From: an uncultured Alphaproteobacteria bacterium
GTDB taxonomy: Bacteria; Pseudomonadota; Alphaproteobacteria; Rhizobiales; Aestuariivirgaceae
Direction of reading: 5' to 3'
DNA length: 64,000 bases
NCBI GenBank assembly: GCA_963816305.1
Contig: CAWFJW010000038.1
Span: 7,350 to 71,349 of the forward strand
In this document: positions 57,731 to 64,000 of the stretch, one piece after another
Layout of the letters: each line of letters opens with the position of its first letter
How positions within the stretch are numbered: the stretch's first letter is position 1
Translations under genes and position numbers: made by a program
The notes under the pieces: model-generated
Databases searched by the model: none
Seen by the model: the letters and a program-made list of their open reading frames with translations, nothing else
What the model was told of the DNA's origin: nothing

Positions 57731-60256
57731 ATGGCGAGACTGGCGCAGGCAGGCATCGAACGGAAAATTACCCTCGCGCGGGCGGCGCTTGGCTGGGAAG
57801 CCCTGTGGGCCGCCCTGTGCTGGCCACTTGTATTGGCTGCGACGTTGGCAGCGCTCATATTTTCCGGTTTTTTGCCCGAGCTTCCCGATGTGATCCGCTA
57901 CGGCCTTTTGACTCTGGGCGTCGGCGGGTTCCTCTGGTCGCTGCGCGCATTTTGGGGGTTCCAGCTGCCTACCTCCCATGACGCGATGCGGCGCATTGAA
58001 GCGAAATCCAGCCTTGCCCATCGCCCGGTTTCCGCCCTCAATGACAGTCTCGCCGGCGGCGGCGTCGATGATGCAAGCCTTGCCCTGTGGGAGGAGCACA
58101 AGCGGCGGCAATTGGCGGCCCTTACCAACTTGAAAATCGGAGCACCCCAGTCAACTTGGCGCGACCTTGATCCCATGTCCTTGCGGGTGCCAGCCAGCCT
58201 CGCCCTGATTGTGAGCCTTTTTCTGGCCCAGGGCGACGGGCTCTCACAGCTCAGGGACGCCTTCCACGTGGGGCCAGCGGCCGCTCAGGCCCCGATGAGT
58301 TTGGACGCCTGGTTGAAACCGCCGGCCTACACCGGCAAGCCGCCGCTGCTGCTCACCAGCCCCGCCTATGTTGAAAGGCTCAAGGCCGACAGTGAAATTC
58401 TGGTTCCTGAAAACGCCGGCCTCACCATTCGCGTGAACGGCGCGACTGAACCACGGCTCAGCTTCTCCGGATTGACTGACGCAGGGCAGGCGCCCGTCGA
58501 GTTGGGCGATCAGAAAGCCAGAACCAAATTCGAAAACGGTGTGTTTGAAGCCGAGACCCTGCTTACCCGCCCAGCGCTGGTTCAGGTTTTTGACGGCGAC
58601 ACCGAACTTGCGAACTGGCGGATCTCACTCATTCCGGACAACCCGCCCACCATCGCGATTGCAGGACAGCCCGCAGCCGCAAAGTTGGGCGGTCTTACGC
58701 TCAAATGGAAGGCGGCCGATGACTATGGCGTGGCCTCCGTCACCGCTCGTATCGATTTGGCCGATGAACAGGCGGATGGCGTGGGCTTCACCAGCAACGG
58801 TGTGTTCATGTTTGATCCGCCCAAGTTGAACATGGCGCTCCGAAACCGCTCGCCCAAGGAGGAACAGGGAACAACGAGCGCCGATCTGAGCGCCCATCCG
58901 TGGGCGGGCCTCATGGTCGACCTGACACTTGATGCGACGGACGCGGCAAAACAGACCGCGACAAGTGAAACACTCGCCTTCAAACTGCCCGAGAGATATT
59001 TCGCCAGGCCCCTAGCCAAGGCATTGATTGAACAACGCAAGACCCTGATCATGGATCCCGACGCTTCAAGTGAGGTTGTGAATCTGCTCTCGGCAATCCT
59101 GATTTATCCTGATGGCCTGATTGAAAGCAGCGGCCCCCATCTGGCGATCGCCGCCGCCGTCTCGCGCATACGCAGCATCAGCACCCGTGAGGATGTGGAA
59201 GAGGCCGTCGACATGCTCTGGCAGGTAGCGGTCCGCGTCGAGGAGGGCGAGCTTTCCGATGCCAAGGCGGAGCTGGAGGCTGCAAGAAAGGCGCTGGAAC
59301 GCGCCATAGCCGAAGGCGCGACGCCGGAGCAATTGAAGGAACTGATGTCGAAGCTTCGCGAGGCCATGGACAAATATCTGCAGTCCATGAGGAAGGAAAT
59401 GGAAAAACGCCTGGCCGAGGGGCAGTCCAATCCGCAAAAACCCTCGCCAAACAGCCGCGCCATAACCGAGCAGGACCTGCAGAAGATGCTCGATGCCATT
59501 GAAAAACTCGCTGAAAGCGGCTCCAGGGAGGCAGCCAAGGATTTGCTGGCCCAGCTCGAAGACCTGCTGAAGAACATGGAGCCCGGCATGGCCCAGCAGG
59601 GCGGCCAGCAAGGCCAGCAGGATGGCTCCGAAATGCTCAATGAGCTCTCGGAAATGATGCGCAGGCAACAGGAACTAATGGACCAGACCCAGCGCGGCCA
59701 AGGCGAGGAAATGGGTGAGATGGGCGACCAGCCCGGCGATGATCCCGGCAACCGCAGCGGCAACAACCCAGGATCAGGCTCATTGGCCGACAGGCAGGGC
59801 GATCTGGCGCGGCAGCTCCAGCAGTTCATGGACAGGCTCGGCCAGCAGGGCTTGCGAGCCCCGCCGCAATTGGGTGAGGCTGGACGACAAATGGGGGGCG
59901 CCAGGGAGTCTTTGGAGCAACGCGACCAGCAGCAGGCTTTGGGCCAGCAGGGCGAAGCCCTCGACCAAATGCGCAAAGGGGCCCGGGACATGGCCCGCCA
60001 GATGCAGCAGCAGGCCCGCGGCAATCAGGATAATACCGGACCCGACGGCGAGGCCCGTGGCAATGCCGATCCCCTTGGCCGCCCGATGCCCGGCGACGAG
60101 GAAGAATACGGCCCGCGAGAAGACATGCTGCCGTCGGAGCAGGCCATAGCCCGCGCCCGTGAAATATTGGAGAGTCTGCGCAGCCGTTCCAACATTCCCG
60201 ATCTGCCCCGCATCGACCGGGACTACATCGAGCGCCTCTTGCGCGGGCTTTACTAG
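57731..60256 (+). CDS. TIGR02302/DUF4175 family protein
   Basis: N-terminal TMs, HRPVSAL.D, DAWLKPPAYTGKPP, DDYGV, LAKALIEQR, Q/G-rich tail, DPLGRP, DYIERLL. Confidence 0.88.
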   Translation: MARLAQAGIERKITLARAALGWEALWAALCWPLVLAATLAALIFSGFLPELPDVIRYGLLTLGVGGFLWSLRAFWGFQLPTSHDAMRRIEAKSSLAHRPVSALNDSLAGGGVDDASLALWEEHKRRQLAALTNLKIGAPQSTWRDLDPMSLRVPASLALIVSLFLAQGDGLSQLRDAFHVGPAAAQAPMSLDAWLKPPAYTGKPPLLLTSPAYVERLKADSEILVPENAGLTIRVNGATEPRLSFSGLTDAGQAPVELGDQKARTKFENGVFEAETLLTRPALVQVFDGDTELANWRISLIPDNPPTIAIAGQPAAAKLGGLTLKWKAADDYGVASVTARIDLADEQADGVGFTSNGVFMFDPPKLNMALRNRSPKEEQGTTSADLSAHPWAGLMVDLTLDATDAAKQTATSETLAFKLPERYFARPLAKALIEQRKTLIMDPDASSEVVNLLSAILIYPDGLIESSGPHLAIAAAVSRIRSISTREDVEEAVDMLWQVAVRVEEGELSDAKAELEAARKALERAIAEGATPEQLKELMSKLREAMDKYLQSMRKEMEKRLAEGQSNPQKPSPNSRAITEQDLQKMLDAIEKLAESGSREAAKDLLAQLEDLLKNMEPGMAQQGGQQGQQDGSEMLNELSEMMRRQQELMDQTQRGQGEEMGEMGDQPGDDPGNRSGNNPGSGSLADRQGDLARQLQQFMDRLGQQGLRAPPQLGEAGRQMGGARESLEQRDQQQALGQQGEALDQMRKGARDMARQMQQQARGNQDNTGPDGEARGNADPLGRPMPGDEEEYGPREDMLPSEQAIARAREILESLRSRSNIPDLPRIDRDYIERLLRGLY

Positions 60257-60804
60257 TCGGCGGTCACAATGTGCCCGACGAAAGGCAGTTCGCGGAATTG
60301 GTGCGCCATGTCCATGCCATAGCCCACCACAAATTTGTCGGGACAGACAAAGCCGCAGAAGTCGGCCTTGATGTTGGCCGCCAGATGTCCGGGTTTTTCC
60401 AGCAGGACGGCGGTCATGACGCTGGATGCGCCGCGCGCCGCCAGCAAATCCTTGGCGAAGGCCAGGGTGCGGCCTGATTCCAGAATATCATCGACCAGCA
60501 TCACGTCACGGTCCTGTATTTTCGATTCGATATCGCGCAGCACTTCAACCTGGCCCGAAGACGTGGTGGCCGCGCGGTAGCTGGCGAGAATCATGAAATC
60601 AACCTCCGGCGACAGCCCGGCGTGATGCATGGCGCGAATCAGGTCGGCGGCAAAAATGAAGCTCCCCTTGAGAACCGGCACCACCAGTAGGTTTTTGGGC
60701 TTTCGTCCTGCGATTTCCCTGGCCAGCACCATGATGCGCGCCGCAATCTCCGTTTCTGAGAAAAGCACTGAAATCCGGTGGCCGTCGATCGTCATGTCGC
60801 TCAT
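60253..60804 (-). CDS. hpt: Hypoxanthine phosphoribosyltransferase
   Basis: VLKGSFIFAADL, LVDDILESGRTL, FVVGYGMD. Confidence 0.94.
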   Translation of the reverse strand: MSDMTIDGHRISVLFSETEIAARIMVLAREIAGRKPKNLLVVPVLKGSFIFAADLIRAMHHAGLSPEVDFMILASYRAATTSSGQVEVLRDIESKIQDRDVMLVDDILESGRTLAFAKDLLAARGASSVMTAVLLEKPGHLAANIKADFCGFVCPDKFVVGYGMDMAHQFRELPFVGHIVTAD

Positions 60805-61511
60805 GGACTGGGGTTTGAGCCTATTTCATGCGCATGCGCAAAGCGAATCTCGACGTTTTTCGCAGATTCCGGCGGCGATGCGACGCGGGTCATGAAATTT
60901 GTGGTTTCGCCCGCTTTGAGCGGCCGGATGCCTGTGTCCAGCGTCCAGCTATAGACTTCCCCCGATTTTTCGTCGCGCAGGCCAAAGCGCAGCCACGGAA
61001 TTTTCTGTGATGAGGCGGAAATATTGGCGATCTCGCCCTTGATGGTGAGCACCCGCGCGCCGTCAACGACGGCGTGCTGCTGCTCAACCCGGCGCACTTC
61101 AAGGCCGTAGATATTGACCTCATAGCCCAGCGCGTCATAGGCCTTGACCGCGATGGGGGCGACGCTGACAACCGTTCGTGGAAACGCCGCGGCGGCGGCG
61201 ACCGGCATGGCAACGCAGGCAGCCAGGATGGCCCAGCCCCGGAGCCTGGACAGGCGCATTCGCCGCTTGACTTCAAATTCGGCCTTTGCCAGGCGCGAAG
61301 CTTCGACCAGCCGTTTCACCTCATGATCGGGCTCGAAGCCGTGGTCAACGACCGCAGGCAGATTCCGCGGCGAGATGTCGACGATTTCGATGGCCCGGCC
61401 TTCGATCCAGCCATGCCCGCAGGAGGCGCAATTGATGGCCAATCCGTCACCGTTGAGCCGCTGTTCCGGAAAATTATAGCGTGTCGAGCAAGAGGGGCAG
61501 GTGATGATCAT
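60801..61511 (-). CDS. MJ0042-type zinc-ribbon / DUF3426 membrane protein
   Basis: MIITCPSCSTRY...CASCGHGW zinc ribbon, one TM, C-terminal beta domain (L.IKGEI.N...P.LRFGLRD). Divergent from ftsEX. Confidence 0.85.
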   Translation of the reverse strand: MIITCPSCSTRYNFPEQRLNGDGLAINCASCGHGWIEGRAIEIVDISPRNLPAVVDHGFEPDHEVKRLVEASRLAKAEFEVKRRMRLSRLRGWAILAACVAMPVAAAAAFPRTVVSVAPIAVKAYDALGYEVNIYGLEVRRVEQQHAVVDGARVLTIKGEIANISASSQKIPWLRFGLRDEKSGEVYSWTLDTGIRPLKAGETTNFMTRVASPPESAKNVEIRFAHAHEIGSNPSP

Positions 61512-61573
61512 ATTGAGAACGCACTATTCCTTGAAAAATGAAGCTCGCAATTAAGGATTAACAACAAACAGGG

Positions 61574-61588
61574 TTAATGTGCCGTTAA
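61574..61588. promoter_or_regulatory. CtrA binding site
   Basis: TTAA-TGTGCCG-TTAA, reading TTAA-N7-TTAAC on the minus strand. Extra half-sites at 61551-61562. Lies between the zinc-ribbon gene and ftsE. Confidence 0.8.
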
Positions 61589-61634
61589 AGGCTTTTGTGG
61601 TGAAACCTGATTTCGGAGGCAATGGAGCGATTAT

Positions 61635-62291
61635 TTGGTTCGGCTTGACAGTGTGGGCCTGCGCTATGGCGACGGGCCAGAGATTTTGAGGGACGTGAGC
61701 TTCCGGTTGAAGCCCGGCTCCTTCTGCTTTCTCACGGGCCCGTCGGGCGCGGGCAAAACGTCCTTGCTGCGCTTGATGTTTCTGGCCCTCAAGCCAACCC
61801 GCGGCCTCATCAATATTTTCGGGCGTGATGTTGCCTCCCTGAATCCGAAGTTTCTGCCGCTGATGCGGCGGCGCATTGGCGTGGTGTTCCAGGAATTCAA
61901 GCTGCTTGATCATCTGACCACATTCGACAACGTGGCGCTGCCCTTGCGGGTCATGGGGCAGCGCCCCGAGGCCTACCGGGCTGACGTCATGGACCTGTTG
62001 AGCTGGGTGGGCCTTGCCGATCAGGCCCACGCCTTTCCGCCGGTTTTGTCGGGCGGCGAGAAGCAGCGCGCCGCCATTGCCCGCGCCGTGATTTCAAGAC
62101 CCGAGCTGCTGCTGGCCGATGAACCAACCGGCAACGTGGACGCGATCCTGGCCAAGCGCCTGCTGCATTTGCTGCTGGAGCTGAACAAGCAGGGCACGAC
62201 TGTTTTTCTGGCAACCCACGACCTGAAGCTGGTGGCCCAGGCCCAGGCGCCGGTTTTGCATCTCGAGCGGGGAGTTCTGAGAGCCGCATGA
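61635..62291 (+). CDS. ftsE: Cell division ATP-binding protein FtsE
   Basis: GPSGAGKTS, RRRIGVVFQEFKLLDHL, LSGGEKQRAAIARA, DEPTGNVD. Confidence 0.94.
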   Translation: MVRLDSVGLRYGDGPEILRDVSFRLKPGSFCFLTGPSGAGKTSLLRLMFLALKPTRGLINIFGRDVASLNPKFLPLMRRRIGVVFQEFKLLDHLTTFDNVALPLRVMGQRPEAYRADVMDLLSWVGLADQAHAFPPVLSGGEKQRAAIARAVISRPELLLADEPTGNVDAILAKRLLHLLLELNKQGTTVFLATHDLKLVAQAQAPVLHLERGVLRAA

Positions 62292-63199
62292 GAAGCCCGC
62301 GAACATTCCGGACGGGACCCATCATCCGGCCAGAAGCCGCGCCCATCAAGGCGTTGACCGTCACCATGACCGTGATGTGCTATCTCGCCTGCCTCGCCAT
62401 TGGCGCGCTCATCCTGATCAACCGCGCCGTGGACACCTGGACCAGCGGCCTGTCGCGCGAGGTGACCGTGCAGGTGCGCATGCTGCGCGACACGGATGTC
62501 GAGCGCGAGGTGGCCAAGGCGAAGGAAATTCTCGACGCCACATCCGGCATTGTGGGTATAGACGTTCTTGACCGCGACGCGGGCGCGAAACTCCTGGAGC
62601 CATGGCTGGGGGCTGGAGATCTGGCTGACCTGCCAATTCCCCGCCTGATCAGGGTGACCATCGACGAGGCCCACCCGCCGGATTTTGCGGCCCTTGGCGA
62701 AAGTCTCCAGGCCGGCGTGAAAGGCGCCATTCTCGATACCCACCGCCGGTGGGAAGCGGAGCTGACCCGCATGGCGGACGCCCTTTCAACCCTGTCCTAT
62801 GCCATCCTGTCGCTCATCTGCCTCTCCGCCATCGCCATGGTGATTTTCGCCACGCGCACCGTGCTTGACGCCAATTCCCATGTGGTGGATGTGCTGCATC
62901 TGGTGGGCGCCAAGAACGGCTACATCGCCCGCCAGATTGATGGCCGCTTTTTGAAGACCGGCCTGATGGCGGGCCTGCTGGGCGTGGCCCTTGGGCTTCT
63001 CACTTTCTTTCTTCTGGGCCTTGCGGGAACCGTGGGCGCGGGCGGCGTGGCCGACGCCAGCCGGAGCTTGTTGTTCGCGTCCCCCGATATCGTAGTGTGG
63101 AGCTATGGGGCGCTCCTCAGTGTCCCTGTCATCGCCACGCTGATTTGCCTCATCACATCGCGGGTCACCCTCATCCGCATGCTGGGCCGCGCGTTGTGA
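62288..63199 (+). CDS. ftsX: Cell division permease FtsX
   Basis: LLEPWLG, LPIPRLI, VLHLVGA...YIA. Follows ftsE. Confidence 0.9.
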   Translation: MRSPRTFRTGPIIRPEAAPIKALTVTMTVMCYLACLAIGALILINRAVDTWTSGLSREVTVQVRMLRDTDVEREVAKAKEILDATSGIVGIDVLDRDAGAKLLEPWLGAGDLADLPIPRLIRVTIDEAHPPDFAALGESLQAGVKGAILDTHRRWEAELTRMADALSTLSYAILSLICLSAIAMVIFATRTVLDANSHVVDVLHLVGAKNGYIARQIDGRFLKTGLMAGLLGVALGLLTFFLLGLAGTVGAGGVADASRSLLFASPDIVVWSYGALLSVPVIATLICLITSRVTLIRMLGRAL

Positions 63200-63936
63200 C
63201 AGCGCTCCGCTCCGTCATTTTCAATGTGGTTTTCTACCTGAACCTCGCCGCGTTCCTGCTGCTGGGCTCGGTGTTTTTCATAGCACCGCGCAAGTGGGCG
63301 ATCCGCGCGCTGCAAGCCTGGGCGCGGACATCACTGTGGTGGCTGCGCGTCATTTGCGGAACTCGAATTGAAGTTCGCGGCCTGCGGAATATTCCGGCGG
63401 GCGCTATTCTGGTGGCGGGCAAGCACCAGTCCTTCTGGGAAACCTTCGCCATCCTGCCCTATCTCGATGATCCCTGCATGGTGCTCAAGAAGGAGTTGAC
63501 CTGGATTCCTTTTTTCGGCTGGTTCATCTTCAAGTTCCGCATGATCGCGGTGGAGCGCAGCGCGGGTTCCGCCGCCTTGCGAACGCTGATGGCAAGGGGT
63601 GTGGCCGAATTGGCCAGGGGCCGCCAGATCGTCATCATGCCGGAAGGCACCAGGCGGGCGCCAGATGCCCCACCCGATTACAAGCCGGGCGCCGCGGCGC
63701 TTTACGCGACGCTGGGCTGCCCCTGCCTGCCCTTCGCGCTCAACTCCGGCCTCTATTGGCCACGGCGCAAATTTTGGCGCCACCCCGGCACCATCATTCT
63801 GGAATTTCTGCCGGTGATTCCGGCGGGCTTGCCCCGCAAGGCCTTTCAGGAGCGCCTGCAAAACAACATCGAAACCGCCACAACACGCGTTGTGGCGGAG
63901 GGACGGGGCGAACGAGGCGCAGGCGGCGGGAATTGA
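63196..63936 (+). CDS. plsC: 1-acyl-sn-glycerol-3-phosphate acyltransferase
   Basis: KHQSFWET, LKKELTWIPFFGW, MPEGTRR, NSGLYWPRR. Confidence 0.88.
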   Translation: MTALRSVIFNVVFYLNLAAFLLLGSVFFIAPRKWAIRALQAWARTSLWWLRVICGTRIEVRGLRNIPAGAILVAGKHQSFWETFAILPYLDDPCMVLKKELTWIPFFGWFIFKFRMIAVERSAGSAALRTLMARGVAELARGRQIVIMPEGTRRAPDAPPDYKPGAAALYATLGCPCLPFALNSGLYWPRRKFWRHPGTIILEFLPVIPAGLPRKAFQERLQNNIETATTRVVAEGRGERGAGGGN

Positions 63937-64000
63937 TCTGCCTGCTCATTGTTCGGAAATTCTGTATACGGATAATATCGCGCCATGGGTCTCCGCAATA

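Noticed and set aside
59560-60080. CAG/GGC-rich repeats
   Set aside because: They encode the normal Gln/Gly-rich region of TIGR02302 proteins.
63955-64000. Imperfect palindrome TCTGTATACGGA and ATG at 63985
   Set aside because: Probably the promoter and start of the next gene, but only five codons are visible, so nothing can be called.
1-64000. CRISPR arrays, tRNA/rRNA, prophage, integrase or IS elements
   Set aside because: No regularly spaced repeats, tRNA-like cloverleafs, or recombinase, transposase or phage ORFs were seen on reading the window.

Overview
GC-rich alphaproteobacterial chromosome segment. Gene content and order point to Hyphomicrobiales/Rhizobiales (inference). It is mostly conserved housekeeping: phaR/phaAB, ccmABCDG, dapF-mtaB-ftsY-ispZ, ffh-rpsP-rimM-trmD-rplS, leuC/leuD, argC, mcl2-mch (ethylmalonyl-CoA pathway), htpG, tesA/ybbAP-like, etfBA, hbd, tlpA/argH-lptM-lysA, TIGR02302, hpt, ftsEX, plsC. 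I saw no tRNA, rRNA, CRISPR array, integrase or transposase. Accessory material is limited to two AT-rich single genes (a T5orf172/GIY-YIG-like protein and a trypsin-like peptidase), an orphan HigA antitoxin preceded by a 12-codon HigB toxin relic, a copper amine oxidase with a non-consensus cofactor motif, a DavB-like lysine monooxygenase and two REP-like palindromes. The most interesting unexplained signals are non-coding or very small. They are a Thr-rich 8-codon uORF with alternative hairpins and a repeated operator upstream of a 66-aa orphan (36.3-36.8 kb), a probable sRNA with C-rich motifs upstream of htpG (38.7-38.9 kb), a three-hairpin RNA upstream of ffh, and a 50-aa ORF resembling a signal peptide plus a 13-aa two-Cys peptide. 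Four genes between 14 and 24 kb, including essential ffh, are frameshifted, most likely through assembly errors. I cannot establish a large novel multi-gene system from the sequence alone.
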